IMG/VR virus record: IMGVR_UViG_3300025645_000038
Span: 64,001 to 128,000 of that record
Source: a virus
Length of the DNA: 64,000 nt
Reading direction: 5' to 3' (one strand)
Shown here: one piece after another, positions 19,501-31,600 of the stretch
Layout of the letters: every line of letters starts with the position of its first letter
Position numbering within the stretch: position 1 is the first letter of the stretch
Translations under genes and position numbers: made by a program
The notes under the pieces: generated by a model
What the model saw: the letters and a program-made list of their open reading frames with translations, nothing else
Told to the model about the DNA's origin: nothing
Database searches by the model: none

Positions 19501-22500
19501 AATTCTTTAGGTTCAAGTGATAATATATTTATCGGTGACCAAGCTGGTGGTGGAACTTGGACAGATGCGGCTTCAAATGGTAACGTTGGTATTGGTACTT
19601 ATGTTATGGATGCATCTACAGATGGAGCATTATACAATACAGCAGTAGGTGCTTACGCTGCAAGTGCTATAACCCAAGCTGATAATGTCGTAGCTATCGG
19701 AAATAGTGCGGCTTATAGTTTAACAACTGCTTCAAATAATATCGCCATAGGATTTTCAGCTATGAAAGTTCACACAACCGGTGGTGATAATATTGCTATT
19801 GGTGCTAATGCGATGGATGATACTGATGCTGGTTCAACCTCTCTTGGTTCAACAAATAATATTTTTATGGGTTACAATGCTGGTGGTGGAACTTGGGCTG
19901 ATGCGGCTTCTAGCTATAATGTGGGTATTGGTAATTATGTTATGGATGGAGCTTTAAATGGAGCTACATATAATACCGCTCTTGGTCATCAAGCTCTTAC
20001 TTCTATAACAACTGGTGATTATAACGTTGGACTTGGATATCTAGCATTAGGTAATTCTACAACTGCTGGTACAAATGTAGCAGTCGGTGGATATGCGGGA
20101 GCATCAATAACAACTGGTGGAAATAATGTTTCTATTGGATACACATCCCTAAATACCGTTACAGTTGGAACAGATAATATAGCTATTGGAAAAGACTCTG
20201 GTAGATACACAACTGGTTCATACAACACATTCGTAGGCTCAGAAGCAGGAAAAGGTGGAACAACCTCTGCTCCGTTTAGTTCAGGTGAACAAAATACTTC
20301 TGTTGGATATCAAGCTCTCAAAGCTTTTACTACTGGAGGTCAAAATATTGCGATTGGGCACCAAGCTTCTATGGGTGTATCTACAGGAGCTAAAAACGTA
20401 GTTATTGGAAGGTCATCCTTTTCATCAGCTACAACAACTTCAAATGTTGTATTGATTGGAGATGAAGCTGGTAAAGCAATAAACTCAACAGACGCAAACG
20501 GAACAGTTGCTATTGGATATAATGCAGGTGCATCAATTACTGAAGGTCAATATAACACTATCATCGGCCACGGTGCAGGTGATGCTATGTCAACAAGTGA
20601 CCAAAATACTATCATTGGTTATAACGCTGGTACATCTATTGTAACTGATGGAGCTAGAGGTTCAACTCTAATAGGTATGCAAGCTGGAGAAGATTTAACA
20701 TCAGGTGGTTATAATACAGCTATGGGTAGAGGAGCTTTGAGAACTATGACTACTGGACAAGGTAATATTGCAATCGGTGACCAAGCTATGCAATATGTTC
20801 CAGCTAGTGCAGCAATTAATTATGTGATGGGAATTGGATATGCTGCTTTAAACGATGCTCCTAATTTGAGTACAGCGGCAAATGAAAGTATGGCTATCGG
20901 TTTTGCTGCGGGAACAAACGCTAGTAACTTAGCTGCAGAATTTGTATTAATTGGTTCATACGCAGGTCAAAAATATAATGGTGTGGGTGGTACTATCATT
21001 GGTTTCAATGCTGGACAATATGCAAGTGGTTCTTACAACACATTCGTAGGAAAAGAAGCAGGTAAAGGTGGAACAACATCTGCTCCATTTAGTACAGGTA
21101 CTTATAATACTGCTGTTGGATATGCCGCTCTTGATGCTTTCACAACTGGTGGTTCAAACACAGTTGTCGGAAATTATGCTGGTAGTGGTATAACAACTGG
21201 TGGTAGTAATGTTTTTATAGGTGGTCAGGCTGGTTTAAGTATAACCGACCATTCTCGAAATGTCACAATAGGTGATGGTGCAGGTAGAGCTGGAGCAGGA
21301 AATTATGCTAATAATGTAATAGTTGGATATGGTACGGCTGATAGAACAACTGGTGATTATCAGGTTATTATAGGTTCTCAGGCTATGGGTGGAACTTCTG
21401 TTACCGGAGAGAATAATACCGTAATGGGATTTCAAGCTCACGGAATTTCAACAGGACCCGGTGCTGCAGCAAATAATGTAACGATTGGATTTCAAGCACA
21501 ATACCATTCTTCTGGTAGTAATAATGTTGCTATTGGATATAAAGCTGGATTTGATAATCAAGCCACTGGTCAAACTTTTGTTGGATATCAAGCTGGTACA
21601 AATGTTACTTCAGGAGTACAGAATACTGCTATTGGATATAATGCACTTTATGTAGCAACAACTGGAGGTTATAATACAGTTATTGGTTACAACGCCGGTG
21701 ATGCTATCACGACTGCAAATTACAGTACGCTTGTCGGTGCCTCTGCTGGTAGTTCGATAACCACACAACAATACAATACATTGGTTGGTTCTTATTGTGG
21801 TTATGGATTAGATGCTGGAGATGGTCAGAATACGGCTGTTGGTAGAGAAGCATTGTACTATGGTGATGGTAGTGCTTCCAATGTTGCTATCGGTCAGTTA
21901 GCTCTGTACGGAGCATCCGGTACTAACAATGCTACCGCTAATGTTGCATTAGGAAATTCAGCTCTTCAAAATACTTCTACAGGTGACTACAATGTTGCTA
22001 TAGGATTTAAGGCCGGTGAGAAAAATAATAATAGTCAAAACATTTTTATCGGAAACCTTGCATCAGGTTCTGGTGCTGACCAAGAAATCGTAATAGGTTC
22101 TGGTACAAGCACATATCAGAATCCATTAATCGGTGGTGGTACTGAAACAATCAGAATAGGTAGAGCATCAGACTTTATCACAAATGATTTCGGTGAGAAT
22201 GCTACTTGGACACATTCCTCAGATAGAAGAATTAAAAAAGATATAAAAGATACCAACTTAGGATTAGAATTTATACTTAAACTACAACCAAAAGAATTTA
22301 AGAAAAAGGCACCAAGTGAGTATCCTAAAGAATTTGAACAACATAATTCAGATACTACGGAAAGAAAGAATCCAGATAGAATACATTATGGTTTCGTTGC
22401 TCAAGAAGTTAAAGAGGCAATGGATGAAGTAGGACACTCAGAGTTTCCTGTATGGAAAGAAAATAGAGATGGAATGCAAGAACTTGGTGAAACAGAATTA

Positions 22501-22611
22501 ATCACACCTCTTGTAAAAGCAGTTCAAGAACTTTCATCAGAAAACGAAAGATTAAAAGACAAATTAAATGATTTGGAAATATTTATTATGGATAAGCTAG
22601 GAGACAAATAG
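16555..22611 (+). CDS. Giant fibre/adhesin 2 (2018 aa): YadA-head-like repeats + C-terminal peptidase S74 intramolecular chaperone
   Basis: Many ~14-aa NTAIGYxA repeats; SDRRIKKDI...HYGFVAQEV...LITPLVKAVQEL followed by a coiled coil. Confidence 0.85.
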   Translation: MAIFSGDIFAENYTVSSSVTNVQISSVSGSTKSGDTPDDTHQFTGSLFISASRISFDDGKQNIAVGKSALYGITSGAGNTAIGYEALLTEDTGGGNTAIGYQALKLNNKDSSTAGNTVIGYQAATAFTSHQRNTIIGYQAALSADGGENNNTIIGWQAGMSMNSNDASNNVIIGKEAGTGGTGTLASAVIIGEGAMNSTANQASTGQVAVGRSALTALTSGIGNTAIGYKAGQGITSDSRNTIIGYEAVYSSSLNDDMVVVGHKAGYNLKGDSEHGGVLIGSEAGYNLTDDATYALRPNMFIGYQAGYNFTTANPSMGIGYKALWGEYVGANGTSHSNIYGSNLAIGDFAGYAGGNTTGFGGNTYAGHFSGEGHVGGGSTHIGYEAGRYTASGSQDVFIGYNAGKITHLSGDSSSTPTARLGLNVAIGYKALMSGGTTNVAIGHEALTHQSGSSKNTAVGYAAMENSARNISGVTAVGYSAGSSATGFYSVLIGEAAGYNASIATVSIGYYAGYRTAAYTTAIGYGALSRGTGTRNVAVGTDTLRGYPYTQNQETGNSTGTNNTAIGYNAGLAYNSASYNTLVGYSAGYRIDNGEYTVHIGNEAGRYATGSRNTFVGNEAGKGGQASAPYSSGQDNVSVGYRSLYSFTTGQSNVAIGKSAAQNLTTGVYNTAVGNEAYSGTTGNNNTIIGRAAGASMTTGQQITAVGATTFNYLTVATDSTAIGFDAGEYATGSYNTFVGSSAGKGGTTSAPFSSGQNNTALGYQALTAFTTGGSNTAIGYQAGYLISSGSYNVTMGYQAGYSLGGTFNNVMIGNYAGALSNTINNRNVYVGDSAGRYLDTGIANVAIGYEAMESAGSGNDASYNTAIGYHALESITDADYNTAIGQAAGQNIEGGSGQNVFIGNSAGITSVTSAFNIMIGVSAGLAATDVDKTVLIGWNAGRNTTADGTIAIGYQALLEHTTGVRNIAIGRDAMKGTNAGSNSLGSSDNIFIGDQAGGGTWTDAASNGNVGIGTYVMDASTDGALYNTAVGAYAASAITQADNVVAIGNSAAYSLTTASNNIAIGFSAMKVHTTGGDNIAIGANAMDDTDAGSTSLGSTNNIFMGYNAGGGTWADAASSYNVGIGNYVMDGALNGATYNTALGHQALTSITTGDYNVGLGYLALGNSTTAGTNVAVGGYAGASITTGGNNVSIGYTSLNTVTVGTDNIAIGKDSGRYTTGSYNTFVGSEAGKGGTTSAPFSSGEQNTSVGYQALKAFTTGGQNIAIGHQASMGVSTGAKNVVIGRSSFSSATTTSNVVLIGDEAGKAINSTDANGTVAIGYNAGASITEGQYNTIIGHGAGDAMSTSDQNTIIGYNAGTSIVTDGARGSTLIGMQAGEDLTSGGYNTAMGRGALRTMTTGQGNIAIGDQAMQYVPASAAINYVMGIGYAALNDAPNLSTAANESMAIGFAAGTNASNLAAEFVLIGSYAGQKYNGVGGTIIGFNAGQYASGSYNTFVGKEAGKGGTTSAPFSTGTYNTAVGYAALDAFTTGGSNTVVGNYAGSGITTGGSNVFIGGQAGLSITDHSRNVTIGDGAGRAGAGNYANNVIVGYGTADRTTGDYQVIIGSQAMGGTSVTGENNTVMGFQAHGISTGPGAAANNVTIGFQAQYHSSGSNNVAIGYKAGFDNQATGQTFVGYQAGTNVTSGVQNTAIGYNALYVATTGGYNTVIGYNAGDAITTANYSTLVGASAGSSITTQQYNTLVGSYCGYGLDAGDGQNTAVGREALYYGDGSASNVAIGQLALYGASGTNNATANVALGNSALQNTSTGDYNVAIGFKAGEKNNNSQNIFIGNLASGSGADQEIVIGSGTSTYQNPLIGGGTETIRIGRASDFITNDFGENATWTHSSDRRIKKDIKDTNLGLEFILKLQPKEFKKKAPSEYPKEFEQHNSDTTERKNPDRIHYGFVAQEVKEAMDEVGHSEFPVWKENRDGMQELGETELITPLVKAVQELSSENERLKDKLNDLEIFIMDKLGDK

Positions 22612-25600
22612 GTGAAAATTTATAGTTCGGAAATATCAGGATCTCTTAAAGTTCGTGGTGATATATTTGCAGAAAACTATGTAGTAAAATCTACAGTATC
22701 AACGATTACCCAATCGTTTAGTAGTGGTTCTACTATATTTGGTGATAGTAACGATGATACTCATAGATTTACTGGTTCTTTATTCATAAGTGCTAGTAGG
22801 ATTGATTTAGATGATAGTAAAAATAATATAGCGATAGGTAAAAATTCAATTTCTGTAATAGGTGCTGGTCAAGGTGGTAATGTTGCAGTAGGCTACGAGT
22901 CTATGAAATCAGCAGGAACAGCTGCTAATAATAATGCTGAATTTAATACTGCTATAGGTTATGAAAGTTTAAAAGATGTTACTACTGGATATACCAATGT
23001 GGCAGTTGGTAAAGGTGCTGGTGAATCACTTACTACTGGACATAGTAATGTCGCTATAGGAACTGGAGCACTAGATGTTGCTACCGATGTTGATAATACA
23101 GTTATAATTGGGAAAAAAGCTGGTGAAGCAAATATGACATCAGCTGCAGACGGAACGATATCTATCGGATATTCAGCAGGTGCCGCGATTACTTCAGGTG
23201 CAAGTAATATTGCTATTGGGTATGAAGCCTTAAAAACGACTACAACTGGTTTAAGAAATATTGCAATCGGTTATGAGGCTATGCACGATACCGATGCTGG
23301 TTCGAGTTCATCTGATTCAGATAATAATATTTTTATAGGATACACTGCTGGTGGTGGAGCTTGGGCAGACGCTAAATCAGAAAATAATGTTGCTATTGGT
23401 AGTAATGTTATGCAAGGAGTTTTAAACGGAGCTAATAACAACACTGCATTAGGTTATTTTGCTCTCGCATCTATAACATCAGGTGATACTAATGTTGGAA
23501 TAGGCGCAGAAGCGGGTGGTACACTTACCGTAGGTATAAAAAATGTTATGATGGGATACCAAGCTGGAAATTTAGTAAATCATGCGAATGCAGATGAAAA
23601 TGTACTAATAGGATACGCCGCTGGTAAAGGTGGTACTGGAGAGATGAAACGATGTATTGTAATTGGTTCTCAGGCAATGGATTCAACTACAGACCAAGCT
23701 CAAACTGGTACAATAGCAATCGGTCATGCCGCTCTTTCTGCTCTTACTTCTGGAACTGGTAATACAGCAGTAGGATACAGTGCAGGAGGTGCAATAACCA
23801 ATTCGTCTCAAAATACTTTTTTAGGTTATGCTTCAGGAGATACTAACATTGGAGATCATAGTGTTGCAGTAGGCTATCATGCATTAAAAGGAGTATCAGG
23901 TAATGCAAATAGTTACAATACTGCTGTTGGTTCAAGAGCAATGGATTCTGTTACTACTGGTGGAAGTAATGTAGCAGTAGGATTTGATTCTTTAGGTGCA
24001 ATCACAACTGCTACTGGAAATACAGCAATCGGATATAACGCAGGAGATACAATCACAACAAGTGGTTATAATGCTCTAGTAGGTTATGAAGTAGGTCAGG
24101 CTTTAGCAGGTGGTAGTGGTCAAAATGTCGCTATCGGATACCAACCTCTGTATAATGGAACTAGTAATACTAGGGTTATCGCAATAGGTTCAAGAGCAGG
24201 ATATAATAGTACGGCAGACAATAATGTTTATATAGGCTATTCGGCAGGTAGAGAAAGTCGTGCAGGCGTTAGTCAAGTCTATATCGGTAACCAAGCTGGA
24301 TACTACGCAACTGGTTCATACAATACATTTGTAGGAGATGACGCTGGAAAAGGTGGAACAACATCTGCTCCGTTTAGTTCAGGTCAGTATAATACTGCTG
24401 TTGGAAGACAAGCTCTTGGTGGTTTTACAACTGGTGGAAGTAATACAGCAGTAGGGTATACTGCAGGAAACGCTGTAACAACAGGCACGGAAAATACTTT
24501 TCTTGGATTTCATGCTGGATACAACGCGACTGGTACTAATAGTTATGCTGTTCTTATAGGATCTTATGCTGGTTATCAAAATAATAATGGATCAGTCGTT
24601 TACATTGGTCGTTACGCTGGATATGCAGGAAGTGGTCATATAGGAGGTGGTAACATTGCAATAGGGTATCACGCACTATTCACTAATCGTTCAACCGATG
24701 AAGAAGGATGCAAATGGAATATTGCTATCGGAAGAGGTGCCATGAATAATGCAACTGATACTCTTGGTGCAGCTCATAGTAATGTTGCTATTGGATATAC
24801 TGCTCTAAAGAATATAGAAAGTGGAAGTCGTAATATAGCAATCGGTGGTCAACAAGGTGGTGGTGATGGTGGTACTGGTGAATTTCTAAAAAATGGTGAT
24901 TATAATGTTTTTGTTGGTTCTAAAGCAGGTCAAGGAATAGATTCTGGTAACATACATTCAGATAAAAATGTATTTTTAGGTGCTAGTGCAGGTGCTGGTC
25001 ATAACGGTGCAGAAGGTAATGTTGGTATTGGTTATTTGGCTTTAACATTTGCTAGAGGAGACTACTCCGTTGCTATTGGTAGGTCAGCTGGTGACCATGC
25101 AACTGGTTCTTATAATACTTTTGTAGGTGGTTACGCTGGACAAGGCGGAACAACTTCTGCTCCCTATAGTTCAGGTCAGAATAATGTTGCGGTTGGATAT
25201 CAAGCTCTTGACGGTTTTACAACTGGTTATTCTAATGTTGCAGTCGGTAGAATTGCATTGGGTGGAGTAGGCACTGGTTTTAGAAATGTTGGAATAGGTG
25301 ATGGTGCTGGGCAGAGTTTAACAACTGGTAATGAAAATGTAGCAGTTGGATATAATGCGTTAAAATTAGCAGGTACTACCAGTAATCAGGTAGCTATTGG
25401 GAAAAACGCATTACATTCAGTTCAAACTGGAACTGGTAATACTGGTCTTGGATATAATACATTGTACCAAAATTCAAGTGGAAATAATAATGTCGCTATC
25501 GGATACAATGCAGGATTTTTCGGTTCAGCTAAAACTGAAAATGTACTCATTGGACTTTACGCAGGATACAACGCTACTGGCTCTTTTAACACTTTTGTAG

Positions 25601-28600
25601 GTTCTCAAGCTGGAAAAGGTGGAACAACATCTGCTCCATATAGTTCAGGTCAGAATAATGTTGCTATGGGATACGAAGCTCTTAAATCTTTCACAACCGC
25701 ACAAAGAATGGTAGCAATCGGATACGAAGCTATGACGGATGTTAAAGATGGTCAAGATAGTGTTGCCATAGGATATCAAGCAGCCTACTACAACTCAAGT
25801 AGTTATAGTGTATCCATAGGTAAGGGTGCTGGAATGGTAATGGGTGGTGGTTATAATGTTTCCGTAGGATTTGGAGCTGGTGGTTCAGCATCCGATTCAA
25901 ATGTTGCTATCGGACAAAGAGCAATGGGATTACAGCCAGCTGCTAATGAGAATGTTGCTGTTGGTAGTGTCGCTGGTTCTAATTTAATTGGAGGTTTTAC
26001 AGCAATAGTTGGTGCTCAAGCTGGTAGACATGCAACTGGTTCTTATAACACATTTATGGGATATAAGGCTGGTTATGGTTCAATAACATCTGCTCCGTTT
26101 AGTTCAGGTGAAAATAATACTGCACTTGGATACAATGCTCTTAAAGCTTTCACGACTGCTGCTTCAAATACAGTAATCGGATATTCTGCTGGTAGTAGTA
26201 TAACAACCGGTGGTGCTAACATACTTATCGGCTCCCAAGCTGGTATGAACATAACAACAACCACGAGTAACGTAGTGATAGGTAATAATGCAGGTCAACA
26301 TCTTGGTGGTTCAAATGCTGATAATCATGCTAATAGAAACGTAATCATCGGTCACTCCGCTGCAAAAGGAAGTAGTCCATCTATAGCAAAAGGTCACTAT
26401 AGTGTTGTAATAGGTGACCAAGCTCAATATCATTTTAAAAGTGGTAGTCAAAATGTTTATATGGGATATCAGTCTAGTTACTACAATCAAAATGGAAACT
26501 ATAATGTTACCATTGGAAGTGGTGCTGGATCCAATGCAACTGGTTCTAGTAATACTTTTGTTGGATATAGGTCTGGTAAAGGTGGAAACTCATCTGCTCC
26601 ATATAGTTCAGGTGGAAATAATACTGCTTTTGGATATGAAACTCTTACTGCTTTCACGACTGGTGAGTCTAATGTAGCCGTTGGTAGAGAAGCAGGTCAT
26701 GACATCACTACAGGTACTGGCAACACTTTAGTCGGTAATGCTGCAGGTGATAAAATAACAACAGCTGAGTATAATACTGCTATTGGAGCTGGTGCACTTG
26801 GTTCACAAGCAGCAGATGCGGATGGAAACATCGCTATTGGTGATTTTGCTATGGGTGCTGTCAATAATGCAGCTTCTATAGAAAATGTAGTAGTCGGTGG
26901 ATATGCAGGAAGTGGTGGTACTGGTCAACTTATACGAACCGTTGCTATAGGTAAAAATGCTCTTAATTCTACAGGTACTGCAAATCTGACTGGTACAGTA
27001 GCAATAGGATACAACGCAGGAACGGCTATAAATCATGCTGCTGCTCTATCCTCAACTTTAGTTGGATATTTATGTGGTGATTCTATAACATCAGGAGCTG
27101 GTAACTCAGCTTTTGGTTACGAAGCATTAACTGCCCAATCTGTAAATGGTTGGAACGCTGCCTTTGGTAATTATTCTGCTCACGCACATACAGGAGCATA
27201 TAGTACTTTTCTAGGTACTAAAGCTGGTGAAAATTTAACTTCGGGTAATAATGCTATTCATATTGGATTCAACACAGCTGCTTCAGCCGTAGATGTTGAT
27301 AGTGAGTATGTAATTGGAGCTGGAACTTCATTCTCAGACGGATTGACTGGTGGTGGAACTGAAACAATAAGAATAGGTGTTTCTACGGATTACATAACAA
27401 ATGATTTTGGTGAGAATGCTACTTGGACACATTCATCAGATAGACGAGTTAAGAAAAACATTGAAGATAACGATTTAGGATTAGGGTTTATAGAAAAACT
27501 AAGAACACGAAAGTTTCAAAAGAAAGCACCTAGTGAATATCCTGAAGAGTTTGAACAACATAATTCAGATACTACGGAAAGAAAGAATCCAGATAGAATA
27601 CATTATGGTTTCGTTGCTCAAGAAGTTAAAGAAGCTATGGATTCAGTAGGACACTCAGAGTTTCCTGTTTGGAAGGAAAACAGAGATGGAATGCAAGAAC
27701 TTGGTGAAACAGAATTAATTACACCTCTTGTAAAAGCAGTTCAAGAACTTTCTTTAGAAAATAAAGAATTAAAAGACGAACTTAATGAGTTGAAGATACT
27801 TATTAAAAAGAAATTAGGAGACGAATAGGTGAAAATTGATAGCCCAACCTTTTTAAGTGAAACTACTTTTATAAGTGCTTCAGTTCAATTCTCAAGTGGT
27901 TCACAAAAATTTGGTAATACTACAGATGACCAACACCAGTTTACTGGCTCTCTTAAAATTGGTGGTACTTCATTTTTCAGAGATATTGGTTCTGCCCACC
28001 AAGTATACATAGATTCAGATACTGGTGGTGTAGCACAGATAGGAACTAACACATATACACCATTAAGTATACGAGCTAACGGAAACCAAGCTATATACAT
28101 CAGTCAAGGCGCTGTGGTTTCAATGGGTACTACAAACGTAGGTAATCTAACATCTACTGGTACTATAGTAAGCACTGGAGCTAATGCTTTAATAAGTGGT
28201 TCATCTACTTCAACTGGTTCTTTTGGTATGATTACAACACCAAGTGATATTGGTGGTAAACCAGCTGCAAGATTACATAAATTTGCATTCCTTAGAGCTT
28301 CAGATTCTGGAGATACTAGTACAAGTGGATATAATAGTAAATCAGGTAACACAATATTTGGATATGATGCCGCTTCTCAAATAGTTCAGAATAATGGAGC
28401 TGGACATTCCAATACCTACATCGGACATTATGCCGGGCATGGTAACGCGAGTGGAGATCATAATACTGCTATTGGGCATGTAGCAGGTCTTGGTGGAAGT
28501 GGTGATAATAATACTTCTGTAGGATCTTATGCTGGGTATAATATAACCTCTGGTGGAAATTTAGTTTTAATAGGTAGGAGCGCTGGTGTAAGCATTACCG

Positions 28601-31600
28601 AAATGAGTGATACCGTGGTAATCGGATATAATGCTGGCGATGCTCTAACGACTGGAGTTGGAAGAAATGTTGCTATCGGTTCTGGTGCTATGAGTGCTAT
28701 GACAACTGAAACTCAAAATGTTGCTATCGGTTCTTCTGCTCTTGGTACTGCTACTGTTGCAAGTAATGTTATCGCTATCGGACATAGAGCCGCTGTTGCC
28801 CTAAGTCATGGTGATAGTAGTGGTACGATTGCTATAGGAGCTTTAGCATTAGAAGGTGCTACCGGAGCTCATAGTGGAAATATCGCTATCGGTTACAGAG
28901 CAATCAACAATGCGACTACTAATGTTGCTGGAGCGGTTGCTCTTGGATATGAGGCTCTATACTCCAATACAGATAATACTGGTAATATCGCTATCGGTTT
29001 CTATGCTATGAGAGATGGTGCTGGTGGTTCAAGTAGAGATTATAATATTGCTATAGGTAGAGAAGCGATGAGGAATGCAAATGCACATGTTTCTGTTGCT
29101 ATTGGATATACCGCTGGTAAGTTTATTAAAGATGGTGGTACTGGTGTTACCGTAGTCGGACATGAAGCTGGAAATTATGCGAGTGGTAGTGCAAATACAT
29201 TTATGGGATACCAAGCTGGTCAAGGCGGAACAACATCTGCTCCATATAGTACAGGTACAAATAATGTTGCTCTTGGATATGGAGCTCTTACAGCTTTCAC
29301 TACTGGAGATGAGAACGTTGCTCTAGGATACGAAGCTGGAAGCAATATGACAACAGGTAATAGGAACATAGCAATAGGTTATCAAGCAAAAGCTGGTACT
29401 GTTGGATCTGATAATATAGTTGTTGGTAAAGTTGCAGGAGTTGGATTTTCAAGTGGATATAAAAATATCGTAATGGGAAATCAAGCTGCAGCTGGTCATA
29501 ACGGAATTGAAAATGTAGTTATTGGTCATCAAGCAATGGGTGGTGGTTCTACAGGCGTAGATAAAACAATTATCATAGGATATCAAGCTGCTTACAATAT
29601 TAATTCAGCAGACGCAGACGGAACAATTGCTATTGGATATACAGCAGGTGGAAGTATTACTTCAGGTGCTAAAAACACAGTTGTGGGATACCAAGCTGGT
29701 AATAAAATAACCGATAGTGATAATATTACTTATATAGGTTATGGAGCTGGTTATTATGCAACTGGAGCACACAATACTGCTGTAGGTACTGAAGCCTATT
29801 TAGGTGTAGATGGAAGTACAACTGGTACTGATAACTCTATATTTGGGTATTATGCTGGGCGTGATTTAACTACTGGACATAGTAATGTTTTAATGGGTAG
29901 AGATGCTGGTCAAAATTTAACGAGTGGTTATCAAAATATTATCATTGGACCTGATGCTGGAGAAACTGCTACCAACTTACAGAACGCAATTCTTATAGGT
30001 AAAAGAGCTGGTCAAGATATAAATAGCGGTGTTCATGGCACTATTGCAATAGGTACAGATGCTCTTACTTCGCTCACTTCAGGTGCAAGTAATCTTGCTA
30101 TCGGTTATGAAGCTATGAAAGTTCACACAACTGGTGGTAACAATATCGCTATCGGTTATCAAGCTATGGATGATAATGATGCTGGTTCAAATTCTTTAGC
30201 TTCACAACACAATATCTTTATTGGAAATGCAGCAGGTGGTGGAACTTGGACAAATGTGGCTTCGAGTTACAATGTTGGTATTGGTAACAATGTTATGGAT
30301 GCAGCTATGGCTGAAGCGTGGTATAATACAGCACTCGGAAATCAATCCCTAAGTGCTCTAACATCAGGTGATTACAATGTAGGGCTTGGATACCTTGCTC
30401 TAAATGCTGTCACCACTGGTGAAAGTAATGTTGCTGTTGGAAAAAATGCAGGAGCTGGACTAACAACGGGTATTCGTAATGTCGTAATTGGAGATGGGGC
30501 TCTCGATACAGCTGCTACTGCAGATGTTGATTATAATGTCACAATAGGATATGATGCTGGTTTGGGTATAACAAGTGATGCAAATGTTACTATTGGTGCT
30601 TTTGCTGGACAATATATTAAAGGTGGTAGTTCTGTTCATATTGGATATGAAACTGGTAAATTTGCTAGTGGTAGTTCAAATACATTTGTAGGACTAAAAG
30701 CTGGAAAAGGTGGAACAACATCTGCTCCTTATAGTTCAGGTACAGGTAATACTTTTCTCGGATACCAGACAGGAAAAGATTTTACAACTGGTTATAACAA
30801 TGTTGGTGTCGGTTATCTTACTCTTCACAATATCACGACAGGATATGAAAATAATTTTATAGGTAACCAATCAGGTCATGTAATCACAACTGGTTATTAC
30901 AACGAAGGAATCGGACATAAAGCTTTAAACTCACTCACAACAGGAATTGGTAATATCGGTATAGGTGCTTTTGCTGGGGCTCACGGAGCTAGAAACTATA
31001 GTATCTTTATGGGATACCAAGCTGGTTACTACGATGGTGGTGGTGGTATGGTAGTTTTAGGACAACAAGCTGGTCAGTATACTGCTGGTGGTAATAGTAT
31101 ATTATTAGGTAAGGAAACTGGTAGATATGTAAGTGGTAGTAACAATGTTATGTTAGGATATAATGCTGGAAAAGGTAACTCAGTTCAGGCAACTACAGCC
31201 ACAATGACAAATGTTTATAGCAATGTGGGAGTAGGTTCTTATACTCTTTTGCAACTAGGTGCAGGAATGAATAATAGTGTAGCTGTTGGTAGTGCAGCTG
31301 GTCAGAATACAACTGGTTCTTACAATACTTTCGTGGGTGGAGAAGCTGGAAAAGGTGGAACAACATCTGCTCCGTTTAGTTCAGGTCAGTATAATACTGC
31401 TGTTGGATACAGAGCTCTTGAAGAGTTCACAACTGGTGGATATAATTCTATACTAGGTCAAGAAGCAGGTGAAAAAATTACAACAGGTGAATCTAATAAT
31501 TTATTTGGTTATCGTGCAGGAAGACATATAACAACTGGAAATTCTAATATAGTAATTGGAACTGAAGCTCTAAGAGATGAAAATGTATCTTCAGTCGTTG

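Larger units (their letters stand above)
9694..28227 (+). repeat. Dispersed 36-bp coding repeat ATAAGTGGTTCATCAACCTCAACTGGTTCGTTTGGT (14 copies)
   Basis: Copies start at 9694, 10345, 11320, 11911, 12217, 12691, 12961, 13576, 13954, 14275, 14587, 15331, 15697 and 28192. Confidence 0.9.

Noticed and set aside
22333-27752. TR/VR pair of a diversity-generating retroelement
   Set aside because: Both copies are coding S74 domains, the differences are mostly synonymous and not adenine-specific, and there is no reverse transcriptase in the window.
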